Below, piece by piece: positions 19,591 to 27,872 of a stretch of DNA of 64,000 nucleotides. Source of the DNA: an uncultured bacterium (GTDB lineage Bacteria > Zixibacteria > MSB-5A5 > UBA10806 > 4484-95). A program made the position numbers and the translations under genes. The first letter of the stretch is position 1, and each line of letters starts with the position of its first letter. The notes beneath the pieces were generated by a model. That model searched no databases. It worked only from the letters and a program-made list of their open reading frames with translations, and had not been told where the DNA came from. The stretch spans positions 44,273 through 108,272 of the forward strand of contig CBFDEC010000007.1 in assembly GCA_965603725.1 (NCBI GenBank). The letters run 5' to 3'.

Positions 19591-20784
19591 ATGGCTTTTA
19601 CAAAAGCTTACATACCCTACGGGGGATACTGGACCAGCCCCTATTCGAAATGGCAGGGCAGCTTTGCAAATCTAAATGCAATAGAACTTGCCGCGGGTAC
19701 GGCACGCAAATTTTTTGAGTTGCGCAACATTAATCCGGATAAGTTCGACAACCTTTACCTGGGGCAGACAATTCCCCAGCTTCACTGCTTTTATGGCGGA
19801 CCCTGGATCGCCGGTCTCCTCGGCAACGGGAACATCACCGGGCCGGTAATCAACCAGGCCTGTATAACAGGCGTAGTGTGTGTTAAGTACGCCTCACAGG
19901 ATATCGAAGGGAACATTGCCAAAACGAGCCTGGTTGTAGCTGCCGACAGGTGCTCTAATGGTCCGCATCTTTATTACCCATCCCAGACCGGCCCCGGCGG
20001 TTTAGGGCAAACCGAGGATTGGGTATGGGATAATTTTGGCAGCGATCCCTGGGCAAAAAATTCGATGATTCAAACCGCTGAAAATGTTGCCAAAGCAAAT
20101 AACATCGGCAGGGATGAGCAGGATGAAGTCGCCCAGAGACGCTATGACCAATACAAGACCGCTCTTGCTGATGATCGGGCGTTCCAAAAACGCTACATGA
20201 TGCCGGTGGAAGTTGGCAGAGGAAAGAGGGCTAAGGTGATAGATGCAGATGAAGGTATTTTCCCGACAACCTTAGATGGCCTTAAATCTCTCAAGCCGGT
20301 TCTGCCGGACGGCTCGGTGACTTTCGGCTCGCAGACCCATCCCGCTGACGGCAATTCCGGGATGATTGTAACAACAAAGGAAAATGCGGCGGAAATTTCA
20401 TCAGATTCGAAAATACAAATCCAGTTTGTAGGTTTCGGAACCGCCCGCGCGAAGAAAAGTTTCATGGCTGAAGCTATAGTGCCTGCATCAAAAGCCGCTC
20501 TAAAAGATGCTGGAATCGAAATGTCTGATATTGCCGCGGTCAAAACACACAATCCCTTCGCCGTGAACGATATCTATTTCTCGCGTGAGATGGGGTTTGA
20601 TGTAAATAACATGAACAATTACGGCAGTTCGATTATCTGGGGACATCCCCAGGGACCGACAGCTTTAAGAGCGCTTATTGAATTAATCGAGGAACTGGCG
20701 GCTAAGGGCGGCGGTTATGGCCTATTCGGCGGCTGTGCGGCCGGTGATACAGCGGCTGGATGCGTTGTTAAGGTTTCTGGTTAA
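19591..20784 (+). CDS. thiolase-family protein (acetyl-CoA C-acyltransferase-like, divergent)
   Basis: NQACITGVV (N-x2-C-x-SG-like active-site Cys), GHPQGPTALRAL (His motif) and C-terminal GGCAAGDTAAGCVV. AGGAGG RBS. Confidence 0.6.
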   Translation: MAFTKAYIPYGGYWTSPYSKWQGSFANLNAIELAAGTARKFFELRNINPDKFDNLYLGQTIPQLHCFYGGPWIAGLLGNGNITGPVINQACITGVVCVKYASQDIEGNIAKTSLVVAADRCSNGPHLYYPSQTGPGGLGQTEDWVWDNFGSDPWAKNSMIQTAENVAKANNIGRDEQDEVAQRRYDQYKTALADDRAFQKRYMMPVEVGRGKRAKVIDADEGIFPTTLDGLKSLKPVLPDGSVTFGSQTHPADGNSGMIVTTKENAAEISSDSKIQIQFVGFGTARAKKSFMAEAIVPASKAALKDAGIEMSDIAAVKTHNPFAVNDIYFSREMGFDVNNMNNYGSSIIWGHPQGPTALRALIELIEELAAKGGGYGLFGGCAAGDTAAGCVVKVSG

Positions 20785-20792
20785 GATATACT

Positions 20793-20855
20793 GAACCAGA
20801 TTGAGTTAAATAATCTTCGGGACTAAAATTGATCTGGTTCTGTTTTTGAGCTTTT
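20793..20855 (+). terminator. terminator-like structure: 9-bp inverted repeat gaaccagat...atctggttc with a long loop, then a T-rich tail
   Basis: Read directly downstream of the thiolase stop. Confidence 0.35.
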
Positions 20856-21079
20856 AAAAATGGTTTTGAAAGATCAGGCGTGTTTATTATATTTGATTTA
20901 AATATGAAATGATTGCGGAAACGTTATCGGGAAGAGTGTTTGATTATTGAACTTAGAAGATAAGCGTTCTATGGCAGAGTACTTTCGATTAAAAATATAT
21001 TTAACCGCATCAGAATCGCTTCGCAGCTTTTGCATGATGTATTTAAGCCTGCATTGAATGACATCAAGGAGGATACCGG

Positions 21080-21280
21080 CTGATAGAGATCAACGATAAT
21101 TTATGCAAAGGATGCGATATCTGTATCGAGTTTTGCCCTTTGAAAGTGTTTGAAAAGTCAGAGAAGCTCAATAGAAAAGGCTACTATGTCCCGATTGTTG
21201 CCAATGAGGATGATTGTGTGGGATGCCGCCTATGCGAGATGCTTTGCCCGGAGTTTGCCATAATTGTTACCAATGAATGA
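21080..21280 (+). CDS. 2-oxoacid:ferredoxin oxidoreductase delta subunit (2x[4Fe-4S] ferredoxin, PorD-like) with a non-canonical start (CTG 21080 or ATA 21083)
   Basis: Translation from stop to stop gives LIEINDNLCKGCDICIEFCP...CVGCRLCEMLCPEFAIIVTNE, two canonical CxxCxxCxxxCP motifs. AAGGAGG lies 7 nt upstream. There is no ATG/GTG/TTG start, so it is absent from the ORF track. It sits directly upstream of an alpha subunit gene. Confidence 0.55.
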   Translation: MIEINDNLCKGCDICIEFCPLKVFEKSEKLNRKGYYVPIVANEDDCVGCRLCEMLCPEFAIIVTNE

Positions 21281-21308
21281 ATAATAGCAAACAATATATG
21301 TAAAGACC

Positions 21309-22472
21309 ATGGCAATTGACGAAAACAGAAAGCAATATCTTAACCGGCTCGAAGGTAAAAACTATTTTATCCTTGGAGATGAGGCCTGCGCTTATGGGGC
21401 TATTTATGCCGGCTGTGATTTTTTTGCCGGCTACCCGATAACGCCAGCCAGTGAAGTGGCCGAACTGATCGCCGAGGAGCTTCCCAAAGCAGGCGGCATC
21501 TGTATTCAGATGGAGGATGAACTGGCAAGTATGTCGGCAATTATCGGCGCCTCATGGACCAACGCTCGCACCATGACAGCCACCAGCGGACCCGGCTTCT
21601 CGCTCATGCAGGAAAATATCGGCTATGCAATAATGACTGAAACGCCCTGTGTGATTGTTGATGTCCAGCGTTCTGGACCCTCCACCGGTCAGGCCACCAA
21701 ACCCGCTCAGGGAGATGTGCTTCAGGCACGCTGGGGAACTCATGGAGACCATAACATAATTGCTTTGGCTCCTAATTCCGTGCAGGAATGCCTTGACCTA
21801 ATGCTGGATTGTTTCGATCTTGCCGACATCTACAGAACCCCGGTTATTCTGCTGATGGACGGAGAAATTGGCCATATCAGGGAAAGTGTCACCATGCCGA
21901 AACTTTCAACTATCAAACATGTATCGAGGAAGTTAGCTGGACCCGGCGAGGAAGTATTCGGCGGCTCCGAGCTTGTGCCGGGAATGATTCATTACGGTAA
22001 GGGTCATAATGTTCATGTTACCGGATCGACTCATCTGTCAAGCGGTATGAGAGATGTATCAACACAGAAGGTTCATGATGTTCTCATAAATAGAATTTAT
22101 AAAAAAATCGATACCAATAGAGAAAAAATCGTGCGTGTCGAGAAAGATATTTCCAAAAATAAAAATGCCCGGGTCGGCGTCATATCCTATGGAGCAACTG
22201 CCAGACCGGCGCACGGAGCAGTTAAACGGGCGCGCCTTGATGGCATAAAAGTAGATTTCCTCAGACTGATTACTATCTGGCCATTTGCCCGAAAGCAGGT
22301 TGCCGAATTCAGTAAAAATCTTGATGTTATATTGGCTCCCGAAATGAACCTGGGGCAGTTATCAAGGGAAATCGAGCGGTTTGTGAACTGCGATGTAGTC
22401 TCTGTACCAAAGATAGGCGGTGTACCTCACACAGTCGATGAGATATATAATGCCATCCAGGAGGTATCCTGA
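21309..22472 (+). CDS. 2-oxoacid:ferredoxin oxidoreductase alpha subunit (set 2)
   Basis: GDEACAYGAIYAGCDFFAGYPITPASE, a VorA/PorA-type N-terminus. Confidence 0.8.
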   Translation: MAIDENRKQYLNRLEGKNYFILGDEACAYGAIYAGCDFFAGYPITPASEVAELIAEELPKAGGICIQMEDELASMSAIIGASWTNARTMTATSGPGFSLMQENIGYAIMTETPCVIVDVQRSGPSTGQATKPAQGDVLQARWGTHGDHNIIALAPNSVQECLDLMLDCFDLADIYRTPVILLMDGEIGHIRESVTMPKLSTIKHVSRKLAGPGEEVFGGSELVPGMIHYGKGHNVHVTGSTHLSSGMRDVSTQKVHDVLINRIYKKIDTNREKIVRVEKDISKNKNARVGVISYGATARPAHGAVKRARLDGIKVDFLRLITIWPFARKQVAEFSKNLDVILAPEMNLGQLSREIERFVNCDVVSVPKIGGVPHTVDEIYNAIQEVS

Positions 22473-23317
22473 TGGGCGAATACAGGCACAGGCTGATGGA
22501 CTATGTCAGGGAAGAGATTATGCCTCACCGCTTTTGTGTGGGATGCGGTTGCGGAACTGTATTGAATGCCTTTACAAATGCAATTGACGGTCTCGACCTT
22601 GATCCCGCAAAGATGGTTTGCGTTTCCGGTATCGGTTGTTCGTCATGGATTCCCAGCCCGTACTTCAAATCGGATACGCTTCACACCACCCATGGCCGAC
22701 CGATAGCTTTCGCAACCGGCGTTAAAATCATGAGACCTGATTTAACAGTTGTGGTAATTGCCGGTGACGGGGATGTTGCCGGTATTGGCGGCAATCATCT
22801 CATTCATGCCGCCCGGCGTAATATCGATCTCTCGGTTTTCATGGTCAATAACATGATCTATGGCATGACTGGCGGCCAGGTTGCGCCTACTACGCCTGTA
22901 GGAGTTAAGACCAGCACGACGCCGCATAGAAATGTCGAGCCCGCATTCAAAGCGGCCGACCTGGTGACTGCGGCTGGCGCCAGTTATGTGGCCAGATGGA
23001 CGACCTATCATGTTTTCCCGCTCATGGAGTCGATGCAGAATGCTATTAAAAAGAAAGGGTTTAGCTTTATTGAGATTGTATCTCAATGCCCGGAAAACTA
23101 CGGTCGCCGGATCGGTTTGAGAACCGCCAACGATTTCCTGAAGCGATTTAAAGAACAGTCCATACGGATTGAGAAAACTAAAAATATGTCTGAAGAAGAG
23201 CTCGAAAATAAAATTGTAATCGGCAAATTCTGCGATATGGACAGGCCTGAATATGTGTCAGAGTTGCATAAGCTCACAAATGAGCTTGTTGAGGGAGTGA
23301 AAAAGGAGAAAAGTTAA
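22472..23317 (+). CDS. 2-oxoacid:ferredoxin oxidoreductase beta subunit (set 2, TPP-binding)
   Basis: FCVGCGCGTV, GDGDVAGIGGNH and TPHRNVEP motifs. ATGA overlap with the alpha gene. Confidence 0.8.
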   Translation: MGEYRHRLMDYVREEIMPHRFCVGCGCGTVLNAFTNAIDGLDLDPAKMVCVSGIGCSSWIPSPYFKSDTLHTTHGRPIAFATGVKIMRPDLTVVVIAGDGDVAGIGGNHLIHAARRNIDLSVFMVNNMIYGMTGGQVAPTTPVGVKTSTTPHRNVEPAFKAADLVTAAGASYVARWTTYHVFPLMESMQNAIKKKGFSFIEIVSQCPENYGRRIGLRTANDFLKRFKEQSIRIEKTKNMSEEELENKIVIGKFCDMDRPEYVSELHKLTNELVEGVKKEKS

Positions 23318-23539
23318 CAGCTAAGAAGTATGCTAAACGTGGTGTCGACCCTCGGGAGGTTGTGCCAAAAGCGTGTCTCTGTGTTTGGCGAACTACGACT
23401 CCCGAAACGAGGTTCATGCATCTTATAGTAGCTCAATAGAATACATGCATTAAGCTACCGAAATCATTGTTCGGGCAGCACCCGATATGGACTTTTGGCA
23501 CCGCCTGTCGGTGGTCGACACAATGACCTGCAGAAAGAA

Positions 23540-23565
23540 AGCTGTCGACCGCGGAGAGTCGACAG
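23540..23565. repeat. perfect hairpin gctgtcgac-cgcggaga-gtcgacagc inside a GC-rich structured 384-bp intergenic region containing several GTCGAC-centred inverted repeats
   Basis: Read directly. Three gtcgac-containing palindromic segments lie between 23338 and 23565. Confidence 0.45.
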
Positions 23566-23619
23566 CACCAGGATTGCATAGATTGCTTTCCCTACGGGTC
23601 GCAATGACAGAATATTATG

Positions 23620-23655
23620 TTTCGGCAGGTCGTAGCGAAGCGTGACCTGCCGAAT
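23620..23655. repeat. hairpin repeat copy 1: ttcggcaggtc-gtagcgaagcgt-gacctgccgaa (11-bp stem, 12-nt loop)
   Basis: 31 of 32 bases identical to copy 3 at 24664-24698. Shares the caggtc/gacctg core with the copy at 24283-24311. Confidence 0.6.
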
Positions 23656-23701
23656 GAAGAAAAATAAGCAGTATTAAGACTTTAAAATGAGGAAACCTTA
23701 A

Positions 23702-24265
23702 TTGATAATACGTTTTGCCGGTTTTGGCGGACAGGGGATAGTGCTGTCAAGCTATATCATGGGGCAGTCGGCTGTTTTTGATGGCAAGAAAGCTTTGCAG
23801 AACCAGTCGTACGGCAGTGAATCACGCGGCGGCGAGTGCCGCGGCGATGTGGTCATTTCCGATGAGGCAATCTTCGATCTAGAACCGACCTGTTATGATG
23901 TTTTAGTAGCCATGACCCAGCCCGCTTATGATAAATTCATCGCTCTTTTAAGACCCTGCGGCACGCTTATATTAGATAAAGATCTCGTGGTAACCGACAA
24001 CAGCCTTGAACCTGAAGGCATAAAAAAATATGGTATCAGCGCAACTGACATTGCATTTAAGAAATTTGGACGAAAGATCGTGGCTAATATGGTGCTGCTT
24101 GGTTTTATGAATACGCTGCTAAACATGGTATCGGATAAAGCGCTGGAGGATGCCATCTCAAAAAACGTTCCCGACGGAACTCAACAGATGAACCTCGATG
24201 CCATGCATGAAGGTATCGAGATTGCTAAGCAGGAGATGAAAGGAAAGAAAAGGCTGAAACGATGA
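23702..24265 (+). CDS. 2-oxoacid:ferredoxin oxidoreductase gamma subunit, paralogue 1 (TTG start)
   Basis: [15 protein letters not shown]...[10 protein letters not shown], a PorG family protein. Confidence 0.7.
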   Translation: MIIRFAGFGGQGIVLSSYIMGQSAVFDGKKALQNQSYGSESRGGECRGDVVISDEAIFDLEPTCYDVLVAMTQPAYDKFIALLRPCGTLILDKDLVVTDNSLEPEGIKKYGISATDIAFKKFGRKIVANMVLLGFMNTLLNMVSDKALEDAISKNVPDGTQQMNLDAMHEGIEIAKQEMKGKKRLKR

Positions 24266-24660
24266 GGACCGAGATTAATCCGTCAGGTCACCCCTGCGGG
24301 TACGACCTGACTAAACAAGAATTTAGAGATTTGAGATCACAAATTGTGACCTCAAACAGGGGTGGCCGCCGTTATCTTCCATATGCTTTCACTGAACAAG
24401 GCGTTGCCATGCTTTCCAGTATTTTACGAAGTCACCAAGCTGTTCAAGTTAACATCGAAATAATAAGAACTTTTGTCAAGCTTCGCCAATTATTATCAAA
24501 ACATAAAGATTTAGAAAAGCGGCTTGACAATTTAGAGAAAAAATATGATAAGCAGTTTAGAGTTGTTTTTGATGCTATTCGTCAATTGATGGCCCCTCCG
24601 CAATCGAAGCGACGGCTAATTGGATTTAAAAAAGATCAAAAGAATGAAGACCGAGATTAA
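24262..24660 (+). CDS. N-terminally truncated ORF6N-domain (KilA-N-like DNA-binding, prophage-associated) protein fragment fused to a duplicated porG start codon
   Basis: [16 protein letters not shown] and [37 protein letters not shown] match the conserved core of ORF6N-domain proteins (from memory). Its first 14 nt (atgaggaccgagat) repeat the start of the downstream porG2 (atgaggaccgaaat). Confidence 0.5.
   Translation: MRTEINPSGHPCGYDLTKQEFRDLRSQIVTSNRGGRRYLPYAFTEQGVAMLSSILRSHQAVQVNIEIIRTFVKLRQLLSKHKDLEKRLDNLEKKYDKQFRVVFDAIRQLMAPPQSKRRLIGFKKDQKNEDRD
24283..24311. repeat. hairpin repeat copy 2 (gtcaggtc-acccctgcgggta-gacctgac) inside the 5' end of the ORF6N fragment
   Basis: Read directly. 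Same caggtc/gacctg stem core as copies 1 and 3. Confidence 0.5.
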
Positions 24661-24663
24661 TAG

Positions 24664-24698
24664 TTTCGGCAGGTCGTAGCGAAGCGTGACCTGCTGAA
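24664..24698. repeat. hairpin repeat copy 3 (tttcggcaggtc-gtagcgaagcgt-gacctgctgaa)
   Basis: Near-identical to copy 1. Followed by an A-rich segment and aatgagga, as in copy 1. Confidence 0.6.
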
Positions 24699-24728
24699 GG
24701 ATAAAATAATGAAGAAGAGATTTCAGCA

Positions 24729-25289
24729 ATGAGGACCGAAATCAGGTTCGTAGCTTTCGGCGGCCAGGGGATAATTTTAGCCGGTGTTATCTTCGGCGAG
24801 GGCGCTATCAACGATGGCAAGAACGCTGTCCAGACTCAATCGTACGGCCCGGAATCCAGAGGCGGCGCCGCCAGAGCTGAGGTAATAATCTCAGGTGAAA
24901 AAATCGATTACCCGATGGTCATAGAGGCTGATTTCCTAATTGCTTTGTCACAGCCGGGATATGATAAGTATATTGCTGAAATCAAACCCGGGTCCACAGT
25001 CATAATTGATGAAGACCTGGTGGATGCGGAAAAGCCTCCTGTAGAATGTGCGTTCTACAAACTGCCATTTGCCAGAGCAGCCGACAGGCTCGGTAACAGA
25101 ATAGTCATGAACACCATTATGCTTGGCAGCGTTTGTTCAATAACAGGAGTAATCGGCAAAGAGAGTCTGCTGAAGGCAGTTAAATCCAATGTACCGGAAA
25201 AATTTCTCGAACTTAATATAAAAGCTTTTAATGAAGGTTATAAAATCGGTCAGCAGACCGTGAAACAAAAAAATATTAATAAGAAATGA
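24729..25289 (+). CDS. 2-oxoacid:ferredoxin oxidoreductase gamma subunit, paralogue 2
   Basis: MRTEIRFVAFGGQGIILAG..QSYGPESRGG. About 40% identical to paralogue 1. Confidence 0.75.
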   Translation: MRTEIRFVAFGGQGIILAGVIFGEGAINDGKNAVQTQSYGPESRGGAARAEVIISGEKIDYPMVIEADFLIALSQPGYDKYIAEIKPGSTVIIDEDLVDAEKPPVECAFYKLPFARAADRLGNRIVMNTIMLGSVCSITGVIGKESLLKAVKSNVPEKFLELNIKAFNEGYKIGQQTVKQKNINKK

Positions 25290-26527
25290 AAAAGCAGAAA
25301 ACCAGTTTCAAAATCAAAGCAAGGTATAAGCCATCAAGACCTTTTACCAAAGATGATTTTAGCAGGGTCAGGCGAGTACTGGGTAAAAAGGTTATGTTTA
25401 CTCAGGGTGATATCGCTGTAAGTTATGGCGGCTTGCTGGCCGGCTGCCGTTTTTTTGCCGGGTATCCGATCACTCCGGCAACGGAAGCCGCTGAGATGAT
25501 GTCATTTCTGATGCCTAAGATTGGCGGAGTCTGCATCCAGATGGAGGATGAAATTGCCTCAATCGGGGCGATTATCGGCGCCTCACGTAGTGGGGCTAAA
25601 TCGATGACCGCTACCAGCGGTCCCGGGTTCTCGCTTATGCAGGAAAACATAGGTTATGCGGCAATGACTGAAACGCCATGCGTGATTATTGATGTTCAGA
25701 GGTCGGGACCATCAACAGGCCAGCCAACCGAAGGCGCCCAGGGCGATATCATGCAGGCCAAGTGGGGCAGCCATGGCGACTATGAACTGATAGCCTTATC
25801 ACCCAGCACGGTTCAGGAGTGTTTAGACCTGACTATTGAGGCTTTCAATCTGTCGGAGACTTACCAGGTTCCGGTGATATTGCTTACCGATGGCATCATC
25901 GGACACATGCGGGAAAAGATAGTCCTGCCCGAATATGAAGATATAAAATTTGTCTGGCGTAAGGAAACGTCGGCCCCCAAAGATAAATATGAACCATTCA
26001 AAGATGATGGCACAAAAATCCCGGAGATGTCAACATTCGGCGCTGGCTACCATGCTTATATCACCGGTTTGACTCATAAGGAAAGCGGTTACCCGAGCAC
26101 GGATAATCAAGCCGATCACGATCGCCTTGTTAGACGTCTGTGTGACAAAATAAGAATAAACAGCGAAAAAATCATCCAGGTAGAACGCGACTTTCAGGAT
26201 ACCAATGAAGATAAAACTACCGGTATAATCAGCTATGGCGTCACATCGCGAACGGTCAATTATGTAGTGAAACAATTGCGGCAAACGGGATTGAAAATCG
26301 ATCATTTGCGAATTATCACCAACTGGCCGTTCCCTGAAAACGAGGTTGCTGAACTTGCCGAAAGAGTTGACAGAATTATCGTCCCGGAGTTGAATCTTGG
26401 CCAGGTTTGTCATAGCGTTAAAGAAGCGGTCGCAGGCAGGTGTGAGGTTGTGCCTGTATGGAAAACCGGCGGTCTAATGCATACACCGCAGGAGATTATT
26501 GACGTTATTAACAGGAAATCCGATTAA
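25286..26527 (+). CDS. 2-oxoacid:ferredoxin oxidoreductase alpha subunit (set 3)
   Basis: GDIAVSYGGLLAGCRFFAGYPITPATE. ATGA overlap with the gamma gene. Confidence 0.8.
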   Translation: MKKQKTSFKIKARYKPSRPFTKDDFSRVRRVLGKKVMFTQGDIAVSYGGLLAGCRFFAGYPITPATEAAEMMSFLMPKIGGVCIQMEDEIASIGAIIGASRSGAKSMTATSGPGFSLMQENIGYAAMTETPCVIIDVQRSGPSTGQPTEGAQGDIMQAKWGSHGDYELIALSPSTVQECLDLTIEAFNLSETYQVPVILLTDGIIGHMREKIVLPEYEDIKFVWRKETSAPKDKYEPFKDDGTKIPEMSTFGAGYHAYITGLTHKESGYPSTDNQADHDRLVRRLCDKIRINSEKIIQVERDFQDTNEDKTTGIISYGVTSRTVNYVVKQLRQTGLKIDHLRIITNWPFPENEVAELAERVDRIIVPELNLGQVCHSVKEAVAGRCEVVPVWKTGGLMHTPQEIIDVINRKSD

Positions 26528-27360
26528 TGTTCAGACAGGTAAAACATATAAGAGAAAAATATCTCGAGGAAAATATGTGGCCGTCGATTTTCTGCCAGGG
26601 CTGTGGAATAGGAACCGCGTTAAACTGTTCTCTTCGGGCTATAGATAAAGTCGGTCTGGATATAGATAAAACGGTGTTTATCTCGGGCATAGGCTGTTCA
26701 TCAAGGCTTCCCGGTTATATCGACGCTGATGGGCTTCACACTACGCATGGCAGAGCAATCGCTTTTGCTACCGGCGTGAAGCTTGCCAATCCCGAACTTG
26801 ATATCATTGTATTCACCGGCGATGGCGACCTTGCCGGCATTGGCGGCAATCATTTCATCCATGCGGCGAGAAGAAATGTCGACATGACCGTGATCTGCAT
26901 CAACAACTATAACTATGGAATGACCGGCGCTCAGGTGTCGCCTACCACACCGATTGGGGGATTCACAATGACCTCGCCGTTCGGCAATATCGAAAGCCCG
27001 TTTGACCTTTCTGCTCTGGCGATAGGCGCGGGGGCTCCATACGTGGCTAAATGGACTACTGTTTATCCCCAGGAAACTATGATGGCAATAAAAAAGGGGA
27101 TCGAAAAGAAAGGTTTCTCATTCATAGAGGTTCTCACTCCCTGCCCAATCGGCTACGGCAGAAAAAATAAATTGAAGGATGGGCCGGAAAATCTTCTGTG
27201 GTATAAGAGAAATACCATTGGCAGATCGCGGTACGAAAAGCTTTCAGATGAAGAAAAACTCAAATGCGACAAAATCGTAATAGGTGAATTGCGGAATGTG
27301 GAAAAGCCGGAGTTTGCCGCGGAGTGGTTTAAGCTGGTGGACGAAGTTTATGTTGAGTAA
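26527..27360 (+). CDS. 2-oxoacid:ferredoxin oxidoreductase beta subunit (set 3)
   Basis: IFCQGCGIGTALN and GDGDLAGIGGNH motifs. Confidence 0.8.
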   Translation: MFRQVKHIREKYLEENMWPSIFCQGCGIGTALNCSLRAIDKVGLDIDKTVFISGIGCSSRLPGYIDADGLHTTHGRAIAFATGVKLANPELDIIVFTGDGDLAGIGGNHFIHAARRNVDMTVICINNYNYGMTGAQVSPTTPIGGFTMTSPFGNIESPFDLSALAIGAGAPYVAKWTTVYPQETMMAIKKGIEKKGFSFIEVLTPCPIGYGRKNKLKDGPENLLWYKRNTIGRSRYEKLSDEEKLKCDKIVIGELRNVEKPEFAAEWFKLVDEVYVE

Positions 27361-27693
27361 GATGTTTCTTCACTGCAAATTCTTAAGTTAATCATAACCA
27401 GTATAGACGATCATTCAGAGGGTTTACCGGACAAGATATTAATTTCACAGAACTATCCAAACCCGTTTAATTCCTCTACAATTATACAATACAGCCTGCC
27501 CGATGAAGCTTATGTAACTATTAATATCTATGATCTTCTTGGTCGCAATATTGAAACGTTAGCCGGCAAACAGCAATCTGCCGGTCTTTACCAGGTTCCC
27601 TGGAATGCCTATAATTTTCCATCGGGAATATACTTCTATAAGATTCAGGCGGGTGACTTCTCAGGTACAAAAAAGATGATATTGATGAAATGA
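27361..27693 (+). pseudogene. orphan T9SS (Por secretion) C-terminal sorting-domain remnant, with no start codon and no gene body
   Basis: The stop-to-stop frame translates to ...LPDKILISQNYPNPFNSSTIIQYSLPDEAYVTINIYDLLGRNIETLAGKQQSAGLYQVPWNAYNFPSGIYFYKIQAGDFSGTKKMILMK, a textbook T9SS CTD. It has no ATG/GTG/TTG and is in frame with, and directly after, the TAA stop of porB2. Confidence 0.5.
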
Positions 27694-27872
27694 AAAAATT
27701 ATATATCTATCGTTATATATAAATCAGACGGCATTCCTATCAATAATAATACTCTATATCGGATAATTTGAGACTTAAATATTGTTAATAAATTCAGGTT
27801 GCTTTAATGTCTTATAAAGATTAAATTTAATAATGTAAAGACATATTATTCTAACGGCGTCTGGGTATAAAT

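Noticed and set aside
23688-23702. ATGAGGAAACCTTAA mini-ORF upstream of porG1 as a leader peptide
   Set aside because: It is 4 codons long. It is more likely the decayed counterpart of the atgaggaccga start seen at the other two sites than a functional uORF.
27358-27693. Programmed stop-codon read-through from porB2 into the T9SS CTD
   Set aside because: A cytoplasmic TPP enzyme gaining a secretion tag is biologically implausible. A remnant or chimeric junction is the simpler explanation.
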